A DNA stretch of 62,572 bases from an uncultured Myxococcales bacterium. Its GTDB lineage: Bacteria; Myxococcota_A; Polyangia; Fen-1088. The stretch spans positions 1-62,572 of the forward strand of contig CAYSKR010000110.1 in assembly GCA_964431675.1 (NCBI GenBank). Direction: 5' to 3'. Within the stretch, counting starts at the first letter, position 1; each line of letters begins with the position of its first letter. Of the stretch, positions 48,584 through 58,100 are shown in pieces. The notes under the pieces are model-generated. The model did no database searches, had not been told where the DNA came from, and was given only the letters and a program-made list of their open reading frames with translations. The translations under genes were made by a program, and so were the position numbers.

Positions 48584-49471
48584 TTAAACACTTGGAACTT
48601 GGGCGTCAAACGCGGGGGTGATCGCCGCGCGGCCGTGACGAAGCAGGTGATCGAGAGTGGTGGCAACCTGCGGGTCCACCAGCAAGCCAGAGTGGCTGGT
48701 GGGCAGGCGAATTTGCCTGACGCCTTCGAGCAAAGTCGAGGCCACGGGCGCGAGAAAATCGCGCTCGGCGGTGACGGATACGATGTCCACGCCGGTGGGC
48801 ATGGGGCCTTCGCCAAGCTCACGCAGAAAATCACTGGCAGGCAAAAGCTGCAGCCCGGCGCGGCCGAGTGGCAACGCAGGCAAGCCGAGCAGCGCCGACC
48901 AGGTGCCGTGAATCGGTGCTCCCAGCATGACGAGTCGGCGCACCTTGGCGGCACCGCCGAGCCGCTTCAGGTAGTAAAGCGCCAGCAAGCCGCCCATCGA
49001 GTGTCCAACGATGTCAGCGCGCGCAACGCCGGTTTGGGCCAGCAGAGCGTCAACCTTGAGCGCGAACTTGCGCGCCGCCGCGCGGATGTCGCCGAGGCTC
49101 TGCAGCCCGAGGCGGTACGACAGAACCACATGCCCAAGTGCGTGCATGCGCTGTTCGAGCAAGTGCAGCGATCCTCGGTTGGCCAGGTAGCCGTGGACCA
49201 GCAACACGGGGGCTTGCGGTGCCCCATCGTTGCTCCCCGGCCGAGGCGGCGTGGTGCTGGCCACCGCTGGCACCCGGTCACCGCGCAAAAGCTGCCGCAA
49301 ATACACCAACGCCTGGCCGGCGTCGGCAAGGCCGGGTCGCAGGTTTCGGGTGGCGAGCAGGTCGGGCAGAGGCATCTTCCAATAGTACCAACTGATGGGC
49401 CAATCGACGAGCTTGCGCGTCGCGATCGAGGTCAAGGCGGCCCCGCAGGTGCGCCCGGACCCTGAGCGCAT
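48584..49471 (-). CDS. alpha/beta hydrolase (lipase/esterase-like)
   Basis: VLLVHGY...GHSMGG nucleophile elbow. The ATG abuts the upstream stop (TGAATG). Confidence 0.75.
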   Translation of the reverse strand: MRSGSGRTCGAALTSIATRKLVDWPISWYYWKMPLPDLLATRNLRPGLADAGQALVYLRQLLRGDRVPAVASTTPPRPGSNDGAPQAPVLLVHGYLANRGSLHLLEQRMHALGHVVLSYRLGLQSLGDIRAAARKFALKVDALLAQTGVARADIVGHSMGGLLALYYLKRLGGAAKVRRLVMLGAPIHGTWSALLGLPALPLGRAGLQLLPASDFLRELGEGPMPTGVDIVSVTAERDFLAPVASTLLEGVRQIRLPTSHSGLLVDPQVATTLDHLLRHGRAAITPAFDAQVPSV

Positions 49472-51172
49472 TCAGATCGTGCCGCCAGGACGCACGCGGC
49501 GCAGCGCCCTTATCCACAGGGCCGCACCCGCCGCGAGGAGCGACGTCAAGGTCGCCAGCAGCGCGGCCGCGGCGCCCTTGTGTTCAGCGTAATCCAGCCC
49601 CCACCAGTCGATTCGTGCGCGGCGATACATCTCGGTCACGGGCAAACCCAGCTTGGTGTCCGGGTGCCAGGGCGCGTCCGGTTCGGCCACCTTGAAGTCG
49701 TCCTGGAAGGGGACGTGTTTGAGCAGCCACCAGTGTCCGAGGATGGGCTGGAACTGGGGTACCCAGTGCAACTGGTAAAGATCCTCGAAGCAACCGTCGC
49801 ACCCGGCGAAGCTGTCGCGGTAGGGGGTGATCGCGCCGCCGCGGTTGGGCGCTCCAAGCCAGCGGCTCTTGGCCTCCATGGCGATGCGAATGTAGTGATC
49901 CCAGTAGAAGGCATTGCCGAGAGTTTGCACGAACGCTCCCGTGCCCAGCGCGAGGGCAAAGACCGCGATGGCGAGCTTCCTGCGGCCGTCGGCAAGCATG
50001 TCGCCGATGACAAGCACCGCGGGGAGCAAGGCAACCGGCACCAGGAACGTCAGGTAGCGCGGCCCCCATGCGTAGTCGCCGTGCCAGAACGCATACTTGG
50101 CGTAGACCAGCACGACCGGGATACCGGCGGACGCGATGACCGCTGCGGATGTGCCGAATCGACGCACAAACCGACGGAGTCCGACCAGCGCCAACAACAG
50201 GGCGGGCGTGTAGAGAAAAATGCTCTTGCCGGGGGACAGCAAATAGCCCCAGAGACCAACCGCCATCCGCCCACGGCCGAAATATTCGCCGGCGTAGGCG
50301 TTGTAACCGCTGTTGAGCGCGCCGCCGAAACGCAGCCAGTTGTAATAGAGGATGAGAGCTGCGGCGGGAACCAGCGGCGCGCCTGACCACAAGAACGCGC
50401 GCAGCAGGGCGCGCGGCCGCGAACGAAGCGTCCACGCCAGGACCAGCACCGGGCCAGGCAGCGCCGCGGCGAACACCACCTTCGAGTTCACCAGCAGCCC
50501 GGCGAAAAGTCCGATGAGCAGGCCACTCGAACGGCCGGGCGCATCCACCCCGCGCAACACGGCAAGGACGAACCCGGTGAAGCACGCGGCCTGCAAGATC
50601 TCGCTGTACGGGTAACGCGCGTACACCCAGACGACCGACCCCAGGCCGAGCAGCAACGTGCCGAGCGACGCCTGCCGGGCGGACAAGCCGTGCTGGCGAC
50701 ACAACAAGAAAAAGAGCCAACACACCAGGGCCCCGAGCGCCGCCGGACCAAGGTGGCAGGCCCACGGCCACGCCAGAGCCGAGACGATCGCGCCGGGATC
50801 CGGTGTCTTTCCGTCGCTTCGCCTGGGCCACAGCGTTGCGAGTCCGACCCGAAGTGCTGCGCCCGGGACGTGGACCAGCGACGTGAGCAATGGATTGAAG
50901 GCATAGTTTTTTCCTTCGCGTCCAGGGGCGGCATCGGCAGGCCAGCGCACCGACACCGCCACGGTCTGCGTGTACACGAGGTTTTCGGCCACCTCGTACA
51001 TCGGGTTGGCGTCGGCCCAGGGCCGCTCGCGGCTCATGCCCAGCAGGTAGACGGCGAAGAAAACCAGAAAGACGCCCGCCCCGATCCCACGGCGCGGCAC
51101 GGTGCGTGACACGGGCAGTGATGTCTCAGGTGGCGGCGCTTGCTCGCCGGGAGCGGCGTCATCGGGGGTCAA
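49472..51172 (-). CDS. GT-C fold membrane glycosyltransferase (ArnT/PMT-like), paralog B
   Basis: Aligns by eye with 13917..15587 at both ends (SRERPWADANPMYEVAEN vs SREDTWADARPLWDVAES; CDGCFEDLYQLHWVPQF...GHWWLLKHV vs CGACFEDMHPIQWLPPF...GHWWLLRHV). Proposed TTG start at 51172 overlaps the upstream TGA. The start is uncertain. Confidence 0.7.
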   Translation of the reverse strand: MTPDDAAPGEQAPPPETSLPVSRTVPRRGIGAGVFLVFFAVYLLGMSRERPWADANPMYEVAENLVYTQTVAVSVRWPADAAPGREGKNYAFNPLLTSLVHVPGAALRVGLATLWPRRSDGKTPDPGAIVSALAWPWACHLGPAALGALVCWLFFLLCRQHGLSARQASLGTLLLGLGSVVWVYARYPYSEILQAACFTGFVLAVLRGVDAPGRSSGLLIGLFAGLLVNSKVVFAAALPGPVLVLAWTLRSRPRALLRAFLWSGAPLVPAAALILYYNWLRFGGALNSGYNAYAGEYFGRGRMAVGLWGYLLSPGKSIFLYTPALLLALVGLRRFVRRFGTSAAVIASAGIPVVLVYAKYAFWHGDYAWGPRYLTFLVPVALLPAVLVIGDMLADGRRKLAIAVFALALGTGAFVQTLGNAFYWDHYIRIAMEAKSRWLGAPNRGGAITPYRDSFAGCDGCFEDLYQLHWVPQFQPILGHWWLLKHVPFQDDFKVAEPDAPWHPDTKLGLPVTEMYRRARIDWWGLDYAEHKGAAAALLATLTSLLAAGAALWIRALRRVRPGGTI

Positions 51173-52779
51173 CTTGCCTCCGTCTCGGCGAGCGTCAGGT
51201 GGCGCGCGCAGCGCTGCCGAAAACGGACCCACCACGCAGCGCCGTAAAACAAGACGCCGCCCAAGATTCCGATCCCGAACAGGTGATACGTCGCCGCGAA
51301 GATCATGCCGCCCTTGGAATAGACCAGCAACGCCGGCAGCGACAGGGGCAACGTGAAGAGCGCGAGCTTCAACAAGAACGCATTGCGAGACCAGGCCAGT
51401 AGCCCAACCATCAGTGGAAAGATCCACCAGCGATGTTTTTGTTCAAACGGCATGCGCTGGCCGATCACGACGCTCGCGCTGGGAAGATCGGCCAGGATGG
51501 ACCAGGCCCGGCGCGCCAGGATGCCCAGGTACCACCCAGGATCCTGGCGGAGGTCCGACACGATCTTGTCGCGAATGATGTCGAAGTAATGTGGCACGTC
51601 GTACGGGAGTCGAGGGTAACGCTTCTTGGCATCGAGGAAACTCCCGTCCAGCGTGTAGCCGCCAGTCCAGCGTGGGAAGGGGACGCCGTATTTTTTCTGC
51701 AAGACGCCTTGCACGTCATGGTGCGCGGCGAGGTCGCTCCACGCGTAGCCCTTGGCGGCGCCGAAATCGCCAAGGCCCGTCCACAAGGGGAACAGGACGT
51801 CGTGGTTCATGGCGGGGGTAAGCGCGGCCGGATGGGCAGCGCCACCAGCCTTTTCGACGACGTCATACGCATTGGCGATCTTTGTCTTCCAGTACTGGTT
51901 CCACGCGGCTTGCGTGCCCAAAAAACCGGCGGCCAGGACCACGACCAACGCCAGTCGGCGACGCCAGGGGAAGCCGCGCACCAACGCAGCGGCACCAAGG
52001 GCCGACAAAACTATCAGCGCCGATTCCATGCGGACCGTGCGGATGGTTCCCAGGAGCAGGCCGAGCAGGACACACAGGATGACTGCGCGCTTCCATCGCG
52101 GCCCGCGGGGGTCGAGCAACGGCAAGCACAACGCCAGGGCGAAGTTGGCGGTGGTGATGGTCCAGCCAAATATGTTGGGCCGGGCGTAGACCTCGAACAG
52201 TTGCATGGGATGGCTACCGATGAGCAACACCAGCACGCCGCCCAGAGCTGGCAGGCCGATCCACCAGAACGCGAACGTCACGGCCATCAGTGACAGGATG
52301 AACCCCCCCACGTTGGCGGGTCTGGGCGTCAGGTTCTGGGTGCCGCGTTTGCCGATGGCGTCGGGGTAGTACAGCAACATGCGGGTGTGATCGCCGTTGC
52401 GAATCTGTGCCGACGAGGGAATACCGACCTCCATCACAAGAGAGTCGCCGTGCTTTTCCACGATGGTGCGCGCACCTGCGGCGGACTGTTCGGCGGCGGG
52501 CAATGTGGTCGCCACCGGGTAAAGGCCCAGGTAGTAGTAGAAGTAGAAAAGCGGCTCCTGGGTCAGCAGGCCCGTCGCTGCGTTGAGGCGATACGGCAAA
52601 CACGTCCTGGCGATGCGTGGCGTGTCGTGCTCGAAGTACGTCTGCCAGGCACCAATGAACAGAAGCCAGGCGATGAGCACGGCGGGATGCCGCCGCGACC
52701 GGCGCGAAAGCGGTCGCCGCAGGGTGATGCGCAGCAGGCGGGGCAGCGTCCGCAGGATCGTCAGCGCGCGCGCGCCCAT
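51169..52779 (-). CDS. polytopic membrane protein of unknown function with a large extracytoplasmic loop
   Basis: ATG (cat 52777-52779) overlaps the upstream stop by 1 nt (TGATG). About 10 hydrophobic segments. Trp/Tyr-rich loop of about 130 aa (WNQYWKTKIANAYD...). Confidence 0.6.
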   Translation of the reverse strand: MGARALTILRTLPRLLRITLRRPLSRRSRRHPAVLIAWLLFIGAWQTYFEHDTPRIARTCLPYRLNAATGLLTQEPLFYFYYYLGLYPVATTLPAAEQSAAGARTIVEKHGDSLVMEVGIPSSAQIRNGDHTRMLLYYPDAIGKRGTQNLTPRPANVGGFILSLMAVTFAFWWIGLPALGGVLVLLIGSHPMQLFEVYARPNIFGWTITTANFALALCLPLLDPRGPRWKRAVILCVLLGLLLGTIRTVRMESALIVLSALGAAALVRGFPWRRRLALVVVLAAGFLGTQAAWNQYWKTKIANAYDVVEKAGGAAHPAALTPAMNHDVLFPLWTGLGDFGAAKGYAWSDLAAHHDVQGVLQKKYGVPFPRWTGGYTLDGSFLDAKKRYPRLPYDVPHYFDIIRDKIVSDLRQDPGWYLGILARRAWSILADLPSASVVIGQRMPFEQKHRWWIFPLMVGLLAWSRNAFLLKLALFTLPLSLPALLVYSKGGMIFAATYHLFGIGILGGVLFYGAAWWVRFRQRCARHLTLAETEAS

Positions 52780-54563
52780 CAGGGGATCTCCACCAGCGCA
52801 AGCTGAGTGCGGATGCCGCCGTTGCGCAGGTCGTGGGTCTGCCGGATGGGCAGGCCGATGGCCTTGTGAACGGCGGACGGGGCGAGAATTGCGGCTCGCC
52901 ATCCGGCAAAGCGCTCGCGCAACGCACGGCCAAGGTTTCGCCACAGCGTCGGGCCACCCTGCAGCCGGTGCCCGTAAGGCGGGTTCGCCACCACCAGGCC
53001 ACGCGCGCCGGACGGGACGGGCGCGGCGCTGATTTCGGCCTTCTCGATCGTCATGTGCGCAAGCAGGCCGGCGCGCTCGGCGTTGCGTCGCGTCGTTTCA
53101 ATCGCGCGTTCGGATCGATCAGAGCCGAAGATCGCCGCCGGTGGTGCGGCAAGTTCGGCGCTTCGGGCTGCTGCGCGCAGCCGCTGCCACGCGGCGGCGT
53201 CGAACATCGGCCAGCGTTCGAAAGCAAACGAGCGATCGATGCCCGGTGCGCGCCGCAGGGCCATCGAGCAGGCCTCGATCACGAGGCTGCCGGCACCGCA
53301 CAAGGGATCGCACAGCGGCTCAAGTCCGTTCCATCCGGCGAGCGCAAGCATGCCTGCGGCCAGGGTCTCTCGCACCGGGGCCTTCCCCGTCTCGACCCGC
53401 GCGCCGCGCTTGTGCAGCAGATCGCCGGACGCATCGATGCTGAAGGTGAACCGATCGTCGACGCCGCGAACCAGAATGCGGGTGGTGCCTTCGCCCTCCG
53501 GCGCAGCCGTAGGCAACGCGCCCACCGCATCGGCCAGCGCCAGCGCCATGGTTTCTGCTATCGCGCCGGTGTGGTACAGGCGGCTGCGCGACGCCGACGC
53601 GGTGAAGGCAACGGGCCGATCACGCGAGATGAACGGTGCCCACGGAAGCTTCGCCGACATCCAGCGTAGCTTGCCGAACTCGCGCGCACGGACTTCTCCG
53701 ACGCGCACCAGGATGCGAGTCGCGATGCGCAGGTGCAAATTCGCCGCCATGCCGATGCCGAGCGGGCCGGAAAACTCGACCCCACCTGCCACCGCCGTCG
53801 CGCCCGTGACGCCTTCAAGGCGCTCCACTTCGCGCAGCACGGCGAGTTCAAGGCCGGGGGCCGCCACCGCGAACCAGTTCAGCTTTTCCGTCGTTGCAGT
53901 GGCCTTCGCCCCGACCCGTGTGCGTGCAGTCGCCTTGGTTCGTGGCGCGGCCGCAGGCTGGCCCCGCGTCGGCATGTGCTCCGGTCGGCCGTCAAAGCAC
54001 AGGTGCGCCAGCACCTCGACCGTGCCCGCGCCACCAGGCACCGTGGAGTCCATATGCGAGAGCACGCGAAAGCCAAGATCCCGCGCCTTGGCGGTGAAGC
54101 GTTGCAGCGCGCGCGCGCGCCAGGTTGCGTCGTCGCCGCCGCCGTCCGCGGGCCGGGCGCGATCGGGAAGCTCGAACTGCGGCTTGACCAGGACCACGCC
54201 CTCGGCGCCCGGTCGCAGCCGAAAGGCAAGGCTGCGCAGCATGTTGCGCGCGGCGACGAAACTCACGTCGACGGTGAAAAAGTCGAACGGACCGGGGGCC
54301 ACCGAGAGGGACAAGATTTTCCAGTCGGTCTGTTCCAGGTTTTGCACGCGGGCGTCGCGGGCCAGCGATGGATGCAGCTGTCCTCGTCCCACGTCGACCG
54401 CCAGCACGGTCTTCGCGCCGCGCGCGAGCAGCACCGATGTGAATCCACCCGTCGACGCGCCCACGTCCACCGCGCGAGCGCCGCGAATCCGCTCGCCAAG
54501 GCCAAACTGGTCCACGGCTATTTCCAGCTTCAACCCGCCGCGGCCTGGAGGTGGTGGCGTCAC
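52779..54563 (-). CDS. fusion of a TlyA-like (FtsJ-fold) RNA 2'-O-methyltransferase lacking S4 with a THUMP/UPF0020 (RlmL-like) RNA methyltransferase
   Basis: N-terminus GGLKLEIAVDQFG...VDVGASTGGFTSVLLARGAKTVLAVDVGRGQL...LVKPQFE (TlyA pattern). C-terminus ...LHLRIATRILV..., DPLCGAGSLVIEA, VVANPPYG. Confidence 0.75.
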   Translation of the reverse strand: MTPPPPGRGGLKLEIAVDQFGLGERIRGARAVDVGASTGGFTSVLLARGAKTVLAVDVGRGQLHPSLARDARVQNLEQTDWKILSLSVAPGPFDFFTVDVSFVAARNMLRSLAFRLRPGAEGVVLVKPQFELPDRARPADGGGDDATWRARALQRFTAKARDLGFRVLSHMDSTVPGGAGTVEVLAHLCFDGRPEHMPTRGQPAAAPRTKATARTRVGAKATATTEKLNWFAVAAPGLELAVLREVERLEGVTGATAVAGGVEFSGPLGIGMAANLHLRIATRILVRVGEVRAREFGKLRWMSAKLPWAPFISRDRPVAFTASASRSRLYHTGAIAETMALALADAVGALPTAAPEGEGTTRILVRGVDDRFTFSIDASGDLLHKRGARVETGKAPVRETLAAGMLALAGWNGLEPLCDPLCGAGSLVIEACSMALRRAPGIDRSFAFERWPMFDAAAWQRLRAAARSAELAAPPAAIFGSDRSERAIETTRRNAERAGLLAHMTIEKAEISAAPVPSGARGLVVANPPYGHRLQGGPTLWRNLGRALRERFAGWRAAILAPSAVHKAIGLPIRQTHDLRNGGIRTQLALVEIP

Positions 54564-54681
54564 GCGCGCACTTTAACCCCGGTTGGCGGTCGGAGTTCGG
54601 TTCAGGAACGCATCGGTGCCTGCCGACGCGGGTAGGCGAAATCCACAGTTGAGGAGCCTGCACCAGACTGCGAGCGTGCCC

Positions 54682-54996
54682 TCAGGCGAGCGGATTTTTC
54701 CAGCGCAATCCAGGGAACCGCCCAAAATCCGTGTCGTTGGGTGGAACCTTGGCTCGGATGGCCTCGTCTTCCAGTTCGTCGGCCAGACGGTTGAAACCTG
54801 CGGGATCGATGCCCGGGCGCAGGATGCCGGGCCACGGTTTGACCCGAAAAGCGGGCCGCTTTTGCCGTCCGCCGGCGCCCCCCAGCGCGCGGCGAATCGC
54901 ATCATTGACCACGTGCTTGAACGGCCGCCGCTGACGATGCACCTCCTCGTCAATGAGGCGTTTGACGTCGGGGTCGAGCGTCAAGGTGGTTCGCAT
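54682..54996 (-). CDS. VapB-type antitoxin-like protein carrying a PIN-toxin C-terminal remnant
   Basis: ATG (cat 54994-54996) gives MRTTLTLDPDVKRLIDEEVHRQRRPFKHVVNDAIRRAL...LADELEDEAIRAKV, followed by PPNDTDFGRFPGLRWKNPLA, which looks like the end of a VapC/PIN protein. Confidence 0.5.
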   Translation of the reverse strand: MRTTLTLDPDVKRLIDEEVHRQRRPFKHVVNDAIRRALGGAGGRQKRPAFRVKPWPGILRPGIDPAGFNRLADELEDEAIRAKVPPNDTDFGRFPGLRWKNPLA

Positions 54997-55140
54997 CGAG
55001 ACATCCTGATGCGCGAAAATCGATGGGTCAAGCGCCGAGCAAAGGTCATTGCGCGACCATCGTCCGTCACGCCTGCCGCGCTTCCGCCGGCGTTGCGGTG
55101 CCGTCCGTCGCCGTGGTACGACCACTCTGGGTCGGACGCC

Positions 55141-58100
55141 ATGTCTGTGCGCAAGTTTGAAAGGGTGCTGGTCGCGAATCGCAGCGAGATCGCGATTCGC
55201 GTCTTTCGCGCATGCACCGAGCTGGGCATCCGCACGCTCGGCGTGTTCAGCAAGGAAGATCGCACGGCGCTGCACCGTTACAAGGCGGACGAAACCTACC
55301 CGCTCGACGAGACGAAGGATCCCGTCAAGGCGTACCTCGACATCCCGGGCATCATCGCCATCGCGGCCCGACATGGGGCCGACGCGATCCACCCTGGATA
55401 CGGCTTTTTGTCCGAGAACTCGGACTTCGCGCGCGCGTGTGCTGCGGCGGGGATCGTTTTCATCGGTCCGTCGCCTCACGTCCTTGACCTGATGGGCGAC
55501 AAGACGGCGGCGCGCAAGCAGGCGCAGGCCATTGGCGTGCTTGTGCTGCCGGGTGCCGACGATCCAGTTCCGGACGCGCCGACGGCGGCGAAGCTGGCCA
55601 AGACCATCGGGTACCCCATCATCTTGAAGGCGTCATTCGGCGGCGGTGGGCGCGGCATGCGCGTGTGTCGCGGCGAATCTGAGGTCGCCGAGTTTTTCGC
55701 CCAGGCCGAGCGCGAAGCGACCGCCGCCTTCGGCAAGGGCGACATCTTCATCGAGAAGTACTTAGAGGGCCCCAAGCACATCGAAGTGCAGATCCTCGCC
55801 GATGCGCACGGCCACGTCGTTCATTTGTTCGAACGCGACTGCTCGGTGCAGCGCCGCCACCAGAAAGTGGTCGAGATCGCGCCGGCGCCGAAGCTCGATC
55901 CGGCGCTGCGCGACCGGCTGTGCGCCGACGCCGTGCGCCTCGCCAAGGCGGTGGGCTACGTCAACGCAGGGACGGTGGAATTCCTGGTCGACCGCACGGG
56001 CGCCGCCTACTTCATCGAGATGAACCCGCGCATTCAGGTCGAGCACACCGTCACCGAGATGGTGACCGGGATCGATCTGGTCAAGTGCCAGATCCACGTC
56101 GCCGAGGGCCACCCGCTCGCCAGCCCCGAGGTCGGCATCGGATCGCAGTCGGACATCTCGGTGCGCGGGTACGCGGTCCAGTGCCGAATCACCACCGAAG
56201 ATCCGACGCGCGGCTTCATCCCCGACTACGGCCGCATCTCGCACTACCGCTCGGCGGCCGGCTTCGGCATTCGACTCGACGCGGGAACCGCGTTCTCGGG
56301 CGCGCTCATTACGCCGTACTACGATTCGATGCTGGTCAAGGTGTCGGCGTCCGGCCTGACCTTCGCCGAAGCTTGCCGAAAGATGGAACGCGCGCTGGCG
56401 GAATGGCGCGTCCGCGGCGTCAAAACCAACATTCCGTTTCTGCGCAACGTCGTCAATCACCCGAAATTTCTCGCCGGCGAAGCCTCGACGACGTTCATCA
56501 CCGACACGCCGGAGCTGTTGACGTTCAAGGAGCGCTTTGACCGCGCGTCCAAGATCCTGCAGTTCATCGGCGACGTCAGCGTCAACGGCAACCCCGAAGT
56601 CAGCGGCCGCCGCCCCGCGAACCTGCGCAAACCCATCGTGCCGCAGTTCGATCCGGATGTGCCGCCGCCCCCAGGCACCCGCGATCTGTGGAAGAAGCTC
56701 GGCAGCGAAAAGTTTTGCGTACACGTGCGCGACAGCCAGGCACTGCTGCTGACCGACACGACCTTCCGGGACGCGCACCAGTCGTTGCTCGCGACGCGCC
56801 TGCGCACCCACGACATGCTGCGCGTGGCACCAGCGGTCGCGCGCCATCTGTCCGGCCTGTTCTCACTCGAGATGTGGGGCGGCGCGACCTTCGACGTGTC
56901 GATGCGCTTCCTGCACGAAGATCCCTGGGATCGTCTGGCCCAGCTGCGCAAACAGATCCCCAACATCCTTTTTCAAATGCTGCTGCGTGGCGCGAACGCG
57001 GTCGGCTACGCCAACTATCCCGACAACGTGGTTCGCCGGTTCATCGAGGAAGCGACGCGAACCGGCATCGACGTCTTTCGCGTCTTCGACTCACTCAACT
57101 GGCTGCCCGGGATCTTGCCCGCGCTCACCATGGTGCGCGAGGCGGGCGCGCTCGCCGAGGGCGCGATCTGCTACACCGGCAACATCGACGATCCGAAACG
57201 GGATCGCTACGATCTCGCCTACTACATCAAGATCGCCAAGGAGCTTGAAAAGGCCGGCGCACACATCCTGGGCATCAAGGACATGGCGGGCCTGCTGCGA
57301 CCTTTCGCTGCGCGGCGACTCGTGTCAGCGTTGCGCCAGGAAGTCGGCCTTCCCATTCACTTGCACACCCACGACACGCCTGGCGTGCAGGCGGCGTCGT
57401 TGCTGTTTGCGGCGGAGGCCGGCGTGCACGTGGTCGATGCAGCGTTCGGCGCCATGTCGACCCTGACGTCGCAGCCAAACCTCGAGGCGATCGTCGCGGC
57501 CCTGCAGCATCATCCGCGCTCGACTGGGCTCGATTTCGCTCAGCTCCTCGAACACACGTACTACTGGGAAGACGTTCGCAACCACTACTCGGCCTTTGAA
57601 AGCGGCCTGCGCGCCAGCTCCGCCGACGTCTACGTGCATGAGATCCCCGGCGGGCAGTACTCGAACCTGCGTCCGCAGGCCGACGCCGTGGGCCTCGGGC
57701 ACCGCCTGCCCGAGCTCAAGCGCATGTACGCCGTCGTCAATCACATGCTCGGCGATATCGTCAAGGTGACTCCGTCGTCGAAAGTGGTCGGCGATCTGGC
57801 GCTGTTCATGCTCACCAACAACCTGACCGCGCAGGACGTGCTCGACCGCGGGCATGAGCTGACCTTCCCGCAGTCGGTCATCGGCTACTTCATGGGCGAC
57901 ATCGGTCAGCCTCCGGGAGGCTTCCCCGAGCGTCTCGCGAAGATCGTGCTCAAGAACCACAAGCCCGATCTGCGGCGTCCGGGCGATCGCCTACCCGCGG
58001 TGGCCTTCGATCAGGTCCGCACCGAGGTGCAAGGAAAGATCGACCGCCCCGCGAATGACCAGGAAGTTCTGTCGTACCTGATGTACCCGAAGGTCTTCGT

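Noticed and set aside
54573-54953. 126-aa minus-strand ORF immediately upstream of the TlyA-like gene, as a candidate for the missing S4 domain
   Set aside because: The translation is Arg/Gly/Ser/Trp-rich with no S4-like pattern. It is in a different frame from the methyltransferase and overlaps the better-supported antitoxin-like ORF 54682..54996.
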